This document shows, one piece after another, positions 9,021 to 20,720 of a stretch of 54,186 nt of DNA. Below the pieces are notes generated by a model. It saw only the letters and a list, made by a program, of their open reading frames with translations, had not been told where the DNA came from and searched no databases. Source of the stretch: an uncultured Anaerolineaceae bacterium. Its GTDB lineage: Bacteria; Chloroflexota; Anaerolineae; Anaerolineales; UBA4823. Position 1 is the first letter of the stretch, and the number at the start of each line of letters is the position of its first letter. A program made the position numbers and the translations under genes. The DNA lies in NCBI GenBank assembly GCA_964614855.1, contig CAZTMX010000001.1:1-54186 (forward strand), written 5' to 3'.

Positions 9021-10739
9021 ATGAAGAACCTACGCTGGCAATTAATTATCGTGGCTCTGGCTTTGGTTGCTATTGCAGCACTGCTACTAAGCCAGCAGCC
9101 GCAGCTTCTCCCGGGTAACGAACCTCAGGAAGCGCCATTAACTGGCGGCGTGTACACAGAAGCGCTCATCGGCTCTTATGGCAGGTTAAATCCTCTTTTG
9201 GATTTTTCTAACCAGGCGGATCGTGATATCAACCGGCTGCTTTTCAGCAGCCTGATTAAGTTTAGCGATCGCGGCTTACCCCAGGGAGACCTGGCTGATT
9301 CGTGGGGGATATCCCAGGATGGTAAGGTTTATAACTTTTCTATCCTATCCAATGCAAACTGGCACGACGGCCAGCCGGTGACTAGCGATGATGTTATCTT
9401 CACCATTGAGCTGATGCGCAGCGAAGACCTGCCTTTGAGTGACGATTTGCGTGCATTTTGGAAACAGGTGGAAGTAAAAGGCCTTGATGAGAAGACTTTA
9501 CAGTTCCGCTTGCCCGAACCCTTTTCTCCATTTTTAGATTACCTTACATTTGGCATTTTGCCTGTTCACCGCCTGGGTGATACTTCTCCAGCAGACATAA
9601 TTGATGCGAAGTTTAACCTGGCGCCGGTGGGCAGTGGTCCATTCCGTTTTTCTTCCTTGATGGTTGAAAACGGCCAGATTACCGGGGTTGTCCTTTCAAG
9701 GAATGAAGCTTACTATCGGGAAAACGCATTTCTAGAGCAGGTTGTCTTCAAGTATTATGACGACCAGGTTTCCGCTCTTTTTGCCCTGCAGCAAGGGGAA
9801 GTGATGGGCGTCAGCCAGTTGAGCGGCGATGCCTTGCGGGATGCGCTCAAATCCGACAATATGAATGTCTTTACCGGTCGTCTACCCATGCTGAATATGG
9901 TCTTTCTCAACCTGGATTTGCCTGAAAAAGCCTGGTTGCAGGATTTAACCATCCGGCGAGCGCTACTCATGGGGTTAAACCGCCAGTGGATGATTGATAA
10001 GATCCTGTCTGGACAGGGGATCATGGCACACAGCCCCGTTTTTCCTGAAAGCTGGGCATATTACGAAGGGGTAGAAAAGATCCCCTTTGACAGCCAGCAG
10101 GCAACCACCATGCTAAAGCGGGCGGGATACACGATCCCTGCTGAAGGCGGTTCGGTTCGTTCGAAGGATGGTGTATCTCTGATCCTGGAACTGGTTTATC
10201 CGGATCATGCGCCTTACCCGGAATTTGCCGAGAGAATCCGCTCCGATTGGGGAAACCTGGGTGTGGATGTCACGCTGGTGGGAGTTTCATCCGAAGAATT
10301 ACTTGAAGATTATCTCAGACCGCGTGCGTACCAGGCTGCGCTGGTCGAATTGAATTTCTTTCGTTCGCCAGATCCAGACCCTTACCCGTTCTGGCACCAG
10401 GCGCAGGCTGCTGCCGGGCAAAATTATTCCCAATGGGATGACCGCCAGGCAAGCGAATATTTGGAACAGGCACGTGTGTCGGTTGATTTGAATGAGCGTA
10501 CCCGAAGGTATCGCAATTTCCAGGTGCGTTTTGTTGGCGAGATGCCGGCGCTGCCGTTGTTTTACCCGGTTGCATCTTACGGTGTGTCCACCCAGGTCAA
10601 AGGCGTCAGCATGGGACCGCTGTATGATTTATCAGACCGCTTTGCCAATATCACCTCCTGGTACATTTTCAGCACAACCACTGGCGCGCTGCCGCAAGAA
10701 ACCAGCGAGTCGGATACTGGGCCAACTGACGCGCCATAA
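9021..10739 (+). CDS. ABC transporter substrate-binding protein, family 5 (peptide/nickel type), membrane-anchored
   Basis: ATG 9021 gives an N-terminal TM anchor (LIIVALALVAIAALLL). The body has a family-5 SBP pattern. The track extension from 8922 runs through the hairpin and is unlikely to be coding. No permease or ATPase genes are adjacent. Confidence 0.8.
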   Translation: MKNLRWQLIIVALALVAIAALLLSQQPQLLPGNEPQEAPLTGGVYTEALIGSYGRLNPLLDFSNQADRDINRLLFSSLIKFSDRGLPQGDLADSWGISQDGKVYNFSILSNANWHDGQPVTSDDVIFTIELMRSEDLPLSDDLRAFWKQVEVKGLDEKTLQFRLPEPFSPFLDYLTFGILPVHRLGDTSPADIIDAKFNLAPVGSGPFRFSSLMVENGQITGVVLSRNEAYYRENAFLEQVVFKYYDDQVSALFALQQGEVMGVSQLSGDALRDALKSDNMNVFTGRLPMLNMVFLNLDLPEKAWLQDLTIRRALLMGLNRQWMIDKILSGQGIMAHSPVFPESWAYYEGVEKIPFDSQQATTMLKRAGYTIPAEGGSVRSKDGVSLILELVYPDHAPYPEFAERIRSDWGNLGVDVTLVGVSSEELLEDYLRPRAYQAALVELNFFRSPDPDPYPFWHQAQAAAGQNYSQWDDRQASEYLEQARVSVDLNERTRRYRNFQVRFVGEMPALPLFYPVASYGVSTQVKGVSMGPLYDLSDRFANITSWYIFSTTTGALPQETSESDTGPTDAP

Positions 10740-10801
10740 CTGGCTTTCTAGCGGCAATAAAAACAGCCGCTGATGACGATCCCAAACAAAGGAGAAATCC
10801 A

Positions 10802-11602
10802 ATGAACCCTGTTCTCGAGCTGATCCATAAGAGGCGCTCTGTTCGCGTCTATGACCCAACCCCCATCTCGGACGAAGAAAAAGATGCCATTTTACAGGCA
10901 GCCATGCGTGCTCCAACCGCAGGAGCCATGATGTTGTACTCGATCATCGAAGTGGCTGACCTGGCCTTGAAGCAGCGGCTGGCTGAGACATGCGACCACC
11001 AGCCCTTTATCGCCAAGGCGCCCCTGGTCCTGCTGTTCCTGGCGGATTACCAGCGTTGGATGGATATGTTCAGCGCAGCAGGCTCCGCCACGCGCGCCGG
11101 TGAGCTGGGCATTCCCAACCGGCTGCCGGCTGAAGGCGACCTGGTGTTGGCATTGATGGATGCTTTGATTGCAGCCCAAACCGCCGTTCTGGCTGCAGAA
11201 TCCCTGGGGATTGGTTCGTGTTATATCGGAGATGTTCTCGAAAACTGGGAGACCCACCAGGAGATGTTCAACCTGCCGCAGTACACCTTCCCGGCTGCCT
11301 TGCTGTGTTTTGGACGGCCTGCTGATCCCCCACCCGGTAAACTTATCCCGCGTTTTGATAAGCGGTTTATCGTTCACCAGGACTCCTACCAGCGTTTTGA
11401 AAAAGACCAGTTAAATGACGTTTTCTTGCCGTTTGGCTTTCCTTCTTTTGATCTGAAGGAATACAAAAATGGTGCACACAACCCGGTGCAGCATAACTAC
11501 TTGCGCAAGTTCACTGCAGACTTCTCAAGGGAGATGAATCGTTCCACGGCGGTGATGATCCGCAAGTGGTGCGGTCAAAACGATCCATCTGAACAAGCAT
11601 AA
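10802..11602 (+). CDS. Nitroreductase family protein
   Basis: IHKRRSVRVYDPTPISDEE and MRAPTAGAMM N-terminal motifs. SD AAGGAGA upstream. Confidence 0.85.
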   Translation: MNPVLELIHKRRSVRVYDPTPISDEEKDAILQAAMRAPTAGAMMLYSIIEVADLALKQRLAETCDHQPFIAKAPLVLLFLADYQRWMDMFSAAGSATRAGELGIPNRLPAEGDLVLALMDALIAAQTAVLAAESLGIGSCYIGDVLENWETHQEMFNLPQYTFPAALLCFGRPADPPPGKLIPRFDKRFIVHQDSYQRFEKDQLNDVFLPFGFPSFDLKEYKNGAHNPVQHNYLRKFTADFSREMNRSTAVMIRKWCGQNDPSEQA

Positions 11603-11607
11603 ATCAA

Positions 11608-14061
11608 TCAGGGGGTGCGGTTATAGATCAGGCGGTAGAGCGAAAAGATTTCATAGATACCGCGGATATAGGCGCGTGTCTCGCTATAGCGGATAATTTC
11701 CAGGAAAAGATCCGCATCATTTTGCGCCTGATCCAACCAGGCAGCTGAATTTCCCGGCCCGCCGTTGTAGGCTGCCAGTGCAGCATACATATCTCCGTCA
11801 AAGTTTTCGCGCTGTGTGTCCAGGTAATCGACGCCAAAAGTCAAAGATACGATGGGGGAGTACAGGTCTTCGGCGATGTAGTCATCAGGCCACCCCAGGT
11901 TTTTTTGGATATCCGCACCAGTGGCAGGGATGACCTGCATCAAGCCGCGGGCATCGGCTGATGAACGAACGAAGCCTTCAAACAGGCTTTCCTGGCGCAC
12001 CACGCTGAACAAAAACAGGGGGTGAAAGGCGTACTTCTCTGCCAGTGGGAAGATGATATCTTTGTAGTAGGCGCCAAAGCGGATATGGTTGAAATATGCT
12101 GGTGCGCTCAAGGTGCCGGCATCATCCAAGGATGCCAGGGTGAGCACCTGGCGAGCGGTCATGATCGCCGAGCGATAGGCGTCATTTTCGATCAGGTAAT
12201 TGAGCAAACGGTAGCTGAGCTCAGGATCATTTTGCACAGCCAGGCGTACCTGTTCATATTCTGCCCGTGCTTCGTCGTACAACCCCAGTGCCCAAAGCGC
12301 CGCTCCGCGCTGGATGCCACTGTCATATGCCAGTGCCCCCAGGTTGCTCAGGTCGGTTTCTTGGGGGATGTTGAATGTGGAGCGCATCCATTCATCTGCG
12401 CGCAGCCTTTCCGCAGCAAAATCGACACCTATGTCGTATGCCTCTGGTGGGGTAAAAGGCGCTCTACCGTGCAGGATATCTCTGGCACGCTCGCTGTAGT
12501 AGCCGGTTGGGTCGATGGTAGCAGTTTTCTCCCAGCCTTGCCGGGCAGCATCTGTATTGCCTTGTGCCAGGTGTGTCTTGGCGATCCAAAAATTGGCTAA
12601 AGAGCGGTCTTCCAGGGATACAGCCGTGGTTTCAAAGCGCATAAAGGCGGTCATTGCCGCGGCATAATTCCCCAGTCGGTAATGGGAAATTCCGCTCAGG
12701 AAGATTGAGCGCAAGGCAAATTCGTAGCTGGGATACAGGTTAAGTACACGCTCAAACCACTCGGCAGCTTGTTCCAAATTATTATCTCGTTCTGCAGCCA
12801 GGGCGGCATCGTAAAGGAATTCCGCTGCACGATCGTGGTTTGGAAATTTTTCTACAAATTCCATTAGACCCTGGGCTGCTTCGCTATTCTGGCCCAGGTA
12901 GGACCACTGCGTGATCGCTCGTTGGTTGTAAGCCTCAGCTCGATATTCGTGATCGGGTAGCTCCTGGATTAACTTATTCCAGTAATCGATGGCTTCTTCA
13001 TAACCGCCAAGCGCACGTGTCGTCAGACCGAAGAAGTAATAAGCGGTTCCGGGGTCTGCCGGGTTGGATAGTAAATACCGGTTCAGAGCAGCCAGGGCTA
13101 CACCGTATTGCCCGGCATAGTAATCGATCTTCCCGCGTGTCAACTCATCCACCTGAACGCCTGCATCAACCAGGGCTACCAGGCACAGATAGGCTTCATA
13201 GGCAGTTGGATAATTTGTGATGGCATCCATATAAGCTGCCTGCGCCTGTTCCAGGTTGCCCAGAGCAGTATAAGATTCGCCCTTGCGCAAATCAATTAAT
13301 GCGCGTGTGTTGGCACTGCCAGTGCGCATGGAGGCGTCATCGTAGAGATGGATGGCGGTATCGTGGTCTCCGCCCAGGGCGTAGGACCTGGCAAGTTTCA
13401 GTTGTAAGTTAATGCTGTCCAGGGTGCTGGGGCTAGCCAGCGCGGCTTGAAAGTCCTGAGCTGCACCAAGATAATTCCCTGTGGCAAAAACAGCGTCGGC
13501 GCGTTTATTCAGAATATAGGCATCGATCACACCCGGTCGAAGCGCCAGGTACTGCTCGAATTCCGCTGCAGCCTGGATGAAGTTTTCCTGTTTTAGCATG
13601 AGCTCGCCCAGGAAGAAATGAGCCTCTGCCACTTGAGAGGCTTGTGGGTAATCAGTGATGATCCTTGTCAATTGCAGGGCTGCTTCATACTCTTTGCGCG
13701 CCATCAAGTTGGCTCGGCCCAATCCCAAAAGGGCAGCTGCCCGCATCTCTGCATCCTGACTCTGGTCGAACGCGTTCTGAAATTCTATGATTGCCGCCTG
13801 AGGGTCACCATTGAACAAGGCATGTTCTGCGCTGTGGATACGCGCCCCGGGTAAAGGAGTGGGGGTGGGCAGCGGCGTGGGCGTGATCGTGGACGTAGGC
13901 GTTGGCTCTGGGGTTAGGGTGAGGGTGGGTCGCTGGGTTGGGATCAACTCCAACGGGGAGGCGATGCGGCGCGAACAGGAAAGGGACGTGAGCAGAGCAC
14001 CCAACAGGAGCAATAATCCCAGGCGTGTGGTTGTTTCCCTATTGAAAGTTCGGCGTCTCAT
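11608..14061 (-). CDS. Lytic transglycosylase (Slt-like) with long TPR region and Thr/Pro linker
   Basis: The C-terminal SLT domain shows VVRQESLFEGF, ARGLMQVIPATG and AAYNGGPGN. TPR-like repeats fill the middle. The start at 14061 gives the signal/lipobox-like LLLLLGALLTSLSCS and is supported by the abutting consensus promoter. The track TTG at 14136 is less likely. Confidence 0.85.
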   Translation of the reverse strand: MRRRTFNRETTTRLGLLLLLGALLTSLSCSRRIASPLELIPTQRPTLTLTPEPTPTSTITPTPLPTPTPLPGARIHSAEHALFNGDPQAAIIEFQNAFDQSQDAEMRAAALLGLGRANLMARKEYEAALQLTRIITDYPQASQVAEAHFFLGELMLKQENFIQAAAEFEQYLALRPGVIDAYILNKRADAVFATGNYLGAAQDFQAALASPSTLDSINLQLKLARSYALGGDHDTAIHLYDDASMRTGSANTRALIDLRKGESYTALGNLEQAQAAYMDAITNYPTAYEAYLCLVALVDAGVQVDELTRGKIDYYAGQYGVALAALNRYLLSNPADPGTAYYFFGLTTRALGGYEEAIDYWNKLIQELPDHEYRAEAYNQRAITQWSYLGQNSEAAQGLMEFVEKFPNHDRAAEFLYDAALAAERDNNLEQAAEWFERVLNLYPSYEFALRSIFLSGISHYRLGNYAAAMTAFMRFETTAVSLEDRSLANFWIAKTHLAQGNTDAARQGWEKTATIDPTGYYSERARDILHGRAPFTPPEAYDIGVDFAAERLRADEWMRSTFNIPQETDLSNLGALAYDSGIQRGAALWALGLYDEARAEYEQVRLAVQNDPELSYRLLNYLIENDAYRSAIMTARQVLTLASLDDAGTLSAPAYFNHIRFGAYYKDIIFPLAEKYAFHPLFLFSVVRQESLFEGFVRSSADARGLMQVIPATGADIQKNLGWPDDYIAEDLYSPIVSLTFGVDYLDTQRENFDGDMYAALAAYNGGPGNSAAWLDQAQNDADLFLEIIRYSETRAYIRGIYEIFSLYRLIYNRTP

Positions 14062-14068
14062 TGTTGAG

Positions 14069-14097
14069 ACTATAACCCAGGCTGGCGCAGGTGTCAA
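14069..14097 (-). promoter_or_regulatory. Consensus sigma70-like promoter (TTGACA-17-TATAGT) 7 nt from the ATG
   Basis: On the minus strand, TTGACA is the reverse complement of 14092..14097. A 17-nt spacer follows. TATAGT is the reverse complement of 14069..14074, and the ATG (14059..14061) lies 7 nt further on. Confidence 0.6.
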
Positions 14098-14193
14098 TGC
14101 AGCACCAGGCGAGTAGCTGTTTTGTGCCTTTGACAAAGCCTGGCGAGCATGCTACACTTTTTGCGCTAGCAAGATACCCTCCCGGAGGATGAC

Positions 14194-15246
14194 ATGCGCA
14201 CACTTGAATGGAACCCCGACTTTCAAACCTTACAGATGATTGACCAGCGGCTGCTGCCGGGTGAGTTCCGCCTGGTACAGCTCAGTGATACCCAGCAAGT
14301 GACCCAGGCGATACGTGAAATGGTGGTGCGCGGTGCGCCAGCCATTGGTGTGGCGGCAGCTTTTGGGCTGGCGCTGGCTGCCAGAAATTCCAAGGCGCGT
14401 GACCTTTTGACATTGCAGGCGGATGTGAAACAGGCGGCTGTGGAGCTTCAGTTAGCTCGTCCGACTGCAGTCAATTTGTCCTGGGCGCTGCGGCGGGTGC
14501 TACAAAAAACAGAGAGTTTTAACGGGACGGGAGATGAACTGCGCAAGCTTATCCTGGCGGAAGCGCAGGCAATCGCAGATGAGGATGTTGAAATCAACCG
14601 GCGTATGGCGCTGCATGGAGCTGCGCTGATTGAAGACGGTGATACGCTGATCCATCACTGCAACACCGGCGCGCTGGCAGCCGTGGATTGGGGAACAGCG
14701 CTCGGGGTGATCCGCATGGCGCACGAACAGGGCAAGCGCGTCCATGTTTTGGTGGATGAAACCCGGCCCCGCCTGCAAGGAGCGCGCCTGACCGCCTGGG
14801 AGCTGGGAAATTATGGTATCCCGTATGAAATCATCACTGACAACGCCGCCGGATACCATCTGTCTTCTGGGGTGGTGCAAAAAGTCTTGTTTGGGGCGGA
14901 TCGGGTGGCTGCGAATGGAGATGTAGCCAATAAGATCGGGACATATATGTTGGCATTGGCGGCGAATGACAACCACATCCCGGTTTACGCAGTTGTGCCG
15001 ACCTCGACGATCGATCTGTCGCTGGCGCACGGGGGGCTGATCCCAGTCGAGCAGCGCTCTGAACAAGAAGTATTGGATATCCAAATCGATGGCAAACCTG
15101 TGCATCCGGCAAACGCCAGGGCGCGCAACCCGGCATTTGATATCACGCCACAGCGCTTGATCTCCGCCTGGGTCACGGAACACGGTGTGATTAAGCCGCC
15201 CTTCTCTGAAAACATGAGACAACAAATCACACCAAAATCGCTCTAG
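14194..15246 (+). CDS. mtnA: S-methyl-5-thioribose-1-phosphate isomerase
   Basis: eIF-2B alpha/beta/delta-like MtnA pattern: [59 protein letters not shown]. Confidence 0.85.
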   Translation: MRTLEWNPDFQTLQMIDQRLLPGEFRLVQLSDTQQVTQAIREMVVRGAPAIGVAAAFGLALAARNSKARDLLTLQADVKQAAVELQLARPTAVNLSWALRRVLQKTESFNGTGDELRKLILAEAQAIADEDVEINRRMALHGAALIEDGDTLIHHCNTGALAAVDWGTALGVIRMAHEQGKRVHVLVDETRPRLQGARLTAWELGNYGIPYEIITDNAAGYHLSSGVVQKVLFGADRVAANGDVANKIGTYMLALAANDNHIPVYAVVPTSTIDLSLAHGGLIPVEQRSEQEVLDIQIDGKPVHPANARARNPAFDITPQRLISAWVTEHGVIKPPFSENMRQQITPKSL

Positions 15247-15333
15247 GCTCACGATTTCGAGAAATATTTGGTAGAATAAATGTTTGCGCCTGGGTTTCTG
15301 CAGGTAGAAATATATTGCTTGGGAATCTTGCGA

Positions 15334-16326
15334 ATGAAAATCCTTCTAACCGGTTCTGTGGCTTACGATTACTTGATGACCTTCCCGGGTTATTTTAAGG
15401 ATCACTTTCTGCCAGATCGCCTGGATTCTATCAGCCTCTCCTTTTTGGTTGAGTCGATGATCAGGCTGCGCGGTGGTATTGCACCCAATATCGCCTACAC
15501 CCTGGCTTTGCTGGGTGAAAGGCCTCGCCTTTGGGCGGCGGTTGGTGAAGACTTCGAAGAATACCGCGCCTGGTTGGAGAGCAAAGGAGTGGAGACATCC
15601 GGAGCGCGCGTGATCCCGGGTGTGTATACCGCTTCCTTTTTTGTGAACACCGACCGTGCCAATGCCCAAATCGCCAGTTTTTACCCCGGCGCCATGGCGC
15701 ACGCTGCAGAATTGTCCTTGCTGCAGTTGGGGGATTTCAGACCTGACCTGGTGATGATTTCGCCCAATGATCCTGGCGCTATGATCCAATATGTAAAGGA
15801 ATGCCAGCAGTCAGGCTTGCCTTACATTTACGATCCCAGCCAGCAAATCGTCCGGCTTACCGGAGCGGATCTGCAAGAAGGGATCCAGGGGGCGTATGCC
15901 TTGTTTGTCAACGATTATGAAGCCGCGCTGGTAGAGAAGATGACCGGATGGGATTTGCAGAAAACCCTGGAGGTCAACCCGAACATTATGCTGGTGATTA
16001 CGCGCGGCGAACAGGGGGCGGATATTTATACCGCCAGCCAGGTCGTTCACGTGCCGGTTGCCCCGCCTGAGGAAATTGTGGACCCAACCGGCGTTGGGGA
16101 TGCTTTTCGCGGCGGTTTCCTCACCGGTTTGAGCAACGGGATGGAACTGATCACATGCGGCCGGATGGGCGCCCTGGCGGCTACCTACTGCCTGGAAAGG
16201 CGCGGCCCGCAGGGTCACACCTATTCGGTGCAAGAATTTCTGGCGCGCTACCAGCAAATATTTGGTGACAGTGGAAAACTGGATTTCTTGAATCACACAT
16301 CGCAGGCAAGGGCGACATCTTACTAA
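15334..16326 (+). CDS. PfkB-family carbohydrate/nucleoside kinase (adenosine-kinase-like by context)
   Basis: The C-terminal DPTGVGDAFRGGF motif is typical of PfkB kinases. ATG 15334 (MKILLTGSVAYD) is preferred over the track start at 15280. Confidence 0.75.
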   Translation: MKILLTGSVAYDYLMTFPGYFKDHFLPDRLDSISLSFLVESMIRLRGGIAPNIAYTLALLGERPRLWAAVGEDFEEYRAWLESKGVETSGARVIPGVYTASFFVNTDRANAQIASFYPGAMAHAAELSLLQLGDFRPDLVMISPNDPGAMIQYVKECQQSGLPYIYDPSQQIVRLTGADLQEGIQGAYALFVNDYEAALVEKMTGWDLQKTLEVNPNIMLVITRGEQGADIYTASQVVHVPVAPPEEIVDPTGVGDAFRGGFLTGLSNGMELITCGRMGALAATYCLERRGPQGHTYSVQEFLARYQQIFGDSGKLDFLNHTSQARATSY

Positions 16327-16378
16327 GAAAAACCCGAGCCTGATCATTGATCAAACTAACTTGACCTGGAGAATATAA

Positions 16379-17638
<1,260 letters not shown>

Positions 17639-17653
17639 ACCGTCTTTCGACCT

Positions 17654-17691
17654 AAAAAAACAGGGCTGAGAAATTTTCTCAGCCCTGTTTT
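17654..17691. terminator. Bidirectional rho-independent terminator between convergent ahcY and recA
   Basis: The A7 tract is followed by CAGGGCTGAG (17661..17670), which pairs with CTCAGCCCTG (17678..17687). TTTT follows the stem. Confidence 0.8.
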
Positions 17692-17696
17692 GCTCT

Positions 17697-18776
17697 CTAA
17701 GCTTCGTCTTCGTTTATCTCGCTGTCATCTCCTGCGCTGAATGCCAGGGGTAATTCTCCGCTCAAAGCTTGCTGGCGGATCGCCAATTCGATCTCTTCCG
17801 CCAGGTCGGTGTTCTGCTTTAAGAAATCTTTGGAATTTTCGCGACCCTGACCCAGGCGGATATCACCGTACGAATAGAAGGAGCCGCGCTTGGTGACGAT
17901 ATCCAGGTTGGTTGCCAGGTCCAGCAGGTCGCCGGCTTTTGAGATGCCTTCATTGTACATGATGTCAAACTCGGCTGTACGGAAGGGCGGGGCGACCTTG
18001 TTTTTGACCACGCGTACCCGGGTGCGGCTGCCGATGACATCCGCGCCCAGCTTGATGGACTGGATACGACGTACGTCCAATCGCACAGATGCATAAAATT
18101 TGAGTGCCATACCACCGGTAGTCGTTTCGGGGTTGCCGAATACAACACCGATCTTCTGGCGTAACTGGTTGGTGAAAACTACCGCTGTGTTGGTTTGTTT
18201 AATCACACCGGAGAGCTTGCGTAGCGCCTGCGACATCAGGCGTGCCTGCATCCCCATGGGCGAGTCACCCATATCGCCTTCGATCTCAGCCCGCGGTACC
18301 AATGCTGCCACAGAATCGATTACGATCACTTCCACTGCACCCGAGCGGACAAGCGTTTCTGCAATCTCCAACGCCTGCTCGCCGGTATCCGGTTGTGAGA
18401 TCAACAGGCTCTCCACCTGTACCCCGCAGCGAGCGGCATACATTGGGTCTAGCGCATGCTCCATGTCAATATAGGCGCATGTCCCACCCAACCGCTGGGC
18501 TTCTGCAACGATGTGTTGGCAAATGGTGGTCTTGCCGGAGGATTCCGGTCCGTAAATTTCGGTGATGCGGCCGCGCGGGATGCCTCCCACACCCAGGGCG
18601 ATATCCAGAGATAAAGCGCCGGTGGGGATGGCTTCGACCACCAGGTGGTGCGCTTCGCCCAGGCGCATAATCGAGCCGTCACCGTAGCGTTTTGCGATAT
18701 CGCTGAGCGCTTTGTCCAGGGCTACCTGGCGGTTGCTGTCTATTTCTTGTGCTTGGGGGTTGCTTTTCTTGGCCAT
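17697..18776 (-). CDS. recA: Recombinase RecA
   Basis: GPESSGKTT Walker A plus canonical RecA sequence throughout. ATG ending at 18776 (MAKKSNPQ) has AAGGAG 9 nt upstream. The track extension to 18854 is unlikely. Confidence 0.97.
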   Translation of the reverse strand: MAKKSNPQAQEIDSNRQVALDKALSDIAKRYGDGSIMRLGEAHHLVVEAIPTGALSLDIALGVGGIPRGRITEIYGPESSGKTTICQHIVAEAQRLGGTCAYIDMEHALDPMYAARCGVQVESLLISQPDTGEQALEIAETLVRSGAVEVIVIDSVAALVPRAEIEGDMGDSPMGMQARLMSQALRKLSGVIKQTNTAVVFTNQLRQKIGVVFGNPETTTGGMALKFYASVRLDVRRIQSIKLGADVIGSRTRVRVVKNKVAPPFRTAEFDIMYNEGISKAGDLLDLATNLDIVTKRGSFYSYGDIRLGQGRENSKDFLKQNTDLAEEIELAIRQQALSGELPLAFSAGDDSEINEDEA

Positions 18777-18923
18777 GCTCGCTTGCTCCTTAAAGCAATT
18801 TCTGGTTGATATGATAGCGGTAAGTACTGGAATTGAATAGGAACTCAGGTGCAAACCTGCCAGCTAAAAATCTGGTCTGAATTAATTTTAGCACAAGCGT
18901 TCTACTTGTCAAGGGTATGCCGG

Positions 18924-20720
18924 TCATTCGATATCCTCAAAACCGGATTTTGCCAGTTGGTAGTACACCTTTTGTTCGGCTAGTAAGCTTTCGTGGGTTC
19001 CCTGTTCGACAATCCGGCCATCTTCAATGACCAGGATGCGGTCTGCGTTGGCGACTGTAGAAAGACGGTGGGCAATGACAAAGGCAGTGCGCCCTTTTAG
19101 CAAACGAGCCAGGGCAGCCTGGATCACCCTTTCGGTCTGTGTGTCCACACTGGATGTGGCTTCATCCAGGATCAGGATGCGGGGGTCAGCCAGCAAAGCC
19201 CTGGCAAAAGAGATCAGCTGTCTTTGACCCACAGATAGCACCACGCCTCCTTCTTCCACGGAGGTTTGATACCCTTTTGGCAAACGCATAATGAAATCAT
19301 GGGCGCCAACCGCTTGTGCTGCCTGTAGGACTTCTTCATCGCTGGCATCCAGGCGTCCGAAACGGATGTTTTCCATCACACTACCGGAAAACAGAAATGG
19401 GTCCTGTAAGACGATGCCCATCTGGCTGCGCAGGCTGTTTTGGGTCACCTTGCGCAGATCAAATCCGTCAATTTTTATAGCGCCTTGCGTAGGATCGTGG
19501 AAACGGCTTACCAATTTGACCAGGGTGGATTTTCCTGCACCAGTCCTACCCACCAGGGCGATGGTTTCTCCTGGTTGTACGTTCAGGTTGATCTCTGACA
19601 GGACAGGAGTGGGATCGTCCGAATAGTGGAAGGACATTTGATCGAATTGTACTTCCCCTCGAAGATACGGGAGATCCACAGCATTGGGGTCATCGACTAC
19701 CTCAGCAGGTGTATCCATTAGCGCCAGGATGCGCTCACCGCTGGCCATGGTGGACTGGAAGGCATCGTAGCGCTGGCTGAGATCTCGGATAGGCTCGAAA
19801 ATTCGCTCGATATATAAAATGAAGGCGATGAGCAAACCCGGGGTAATGGCGGCTGCAGAATCTGTGCTCAACACTGCACGCCCGCCCACCCACACTACCA
19901 GGGCAATGGAAATAGCGCCCATCAAGTCAAAAGATGCCGGGAAAGCTGCGGCTATGCGAGCAGCTTTCAGGCTTGTTGCTTTGTTGTTCTGATTCACCTG
20001 GTCGCGAAAGTCTGTGTAATTCTTTTCCTGGCGAGAAAACGCCTGAACGACCCGCACGCCGTTGATATTCTCGGCCAGAACGGAATTGACCCAACTGATC
20101 GCCTGGCGCACCAATCTGTAGTTCCGCCTGGCTCTGCGGCGAAACGCAACGGTGATACCTATCATCAGGGGTAATACACTAAAGGCGATCAGTGACAACC
20201 TGGTATCCAGCACTAGCATTGTGATTAGAGTACCGATCACAACAAACAAATCCCTGACAATGGCCAATAATGCCCAGGTGATAAACTCGCGCAAGACCTC
20301 TACATCATTGATTACACGGGTGATGATGCGCCCGACGCTGTAGCGGTTATAGAAACTAAGCGAAAGCTTTTGCAGATGGGCAAACAACTGCTCACGTACA
20401 TCGAAAATGATGCCCTGCCCGACGCGTGCCATGATATTTACGCGTGAGAAAATCGATACCCATTGCACGGATATGGCAAGGATATACAGAAGCACCGACT
20501 GGAGCAAGATATCCATGGAGCCGTTGCGTAAACCAGAGTCGACCGCCACTTTTAACAAATATGGGCCGGCAATGGCAGCGACAGAATTTAACAACATCAA
20601 CAAGATGGAGAACCACAAGCTTGCCTTATAAGGGATCAGGAATTTAACCAGGCGAGCAATGGTTTGTTTATCAAAACCCTTCATCGGTGCGTCATCCAGA
20701 GGGGCGGGGCTGCTGGTCAT
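18924..20720 (-). CDS. ABC exporter, fused permease/ATPase (heterodimer partner B)
   Basis: Six-TM type I exporter domain, Walker A GRTGAGKST, signature LSVGQRQ, and Walker B ILILDEATS. The start overlaps the upstream gene's stop by 4 nt. Confidence 0.9.
   Translation of the reverse strand: MTSSPAPLDDAPMKGFDKQTIARLVKFLIPYKASLWFSILLMLLNSVAAIAGPYLLKVAVDSGLRNGSMDILLQSVLLYILAISVQWVSIFSRVNIMARVGQGIIFDVREQLFAHLQKLSLSFYNRYSVGRIITRVINDVEVLREFITWALLAIVRDLFVVIGTLITMLVLDTRLSLIAFSVLPLMIGITVAFRRRARRNYRLVRQAISWVNSVLAENINGVRVVQAFSRQEKNYTDFRDQVNQNNKATSLKAARIAAAFPASFDLMGAISIALVVWVGGRAVLSTDSAAAITPGLLIAFILYIERIFEPIRDLSQRYDAFQSTMASGERILALMDTPAEVVDDPNAVDLPYLRGEVQFDQMSFHYSDDPTPVLSEINLNVQPGETIALVGRTGAGKSTLVKLVSRFHDPTQGAIKIDGFDLRKVTQNSLRSQMGIVLQDPFLFSGSVMENIRFGRLDASDEEVLQAAQAVGAHDFIMRLPKGYQTSVEEGGVVLSVGQRQLISFARALLADPRILILDEATSSVDTQTERVIQAALARLLKGRTAFVIAHRLSTVANADRILVIEDGRIVEQGTHESLLAEQKVYYQLAKSGFEDIE

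Noticed and set aside
16327-16378. SAH/SAM-type riboswitch upstream of ahcY (and of mtnA at 14137..14193)
   Set aside because: The intergenic regions are only about 50-57 nt and are occupied by the SD/promoter-like sequence. That is too short for the known aptamers, and no conserved riboswitch core was seen.
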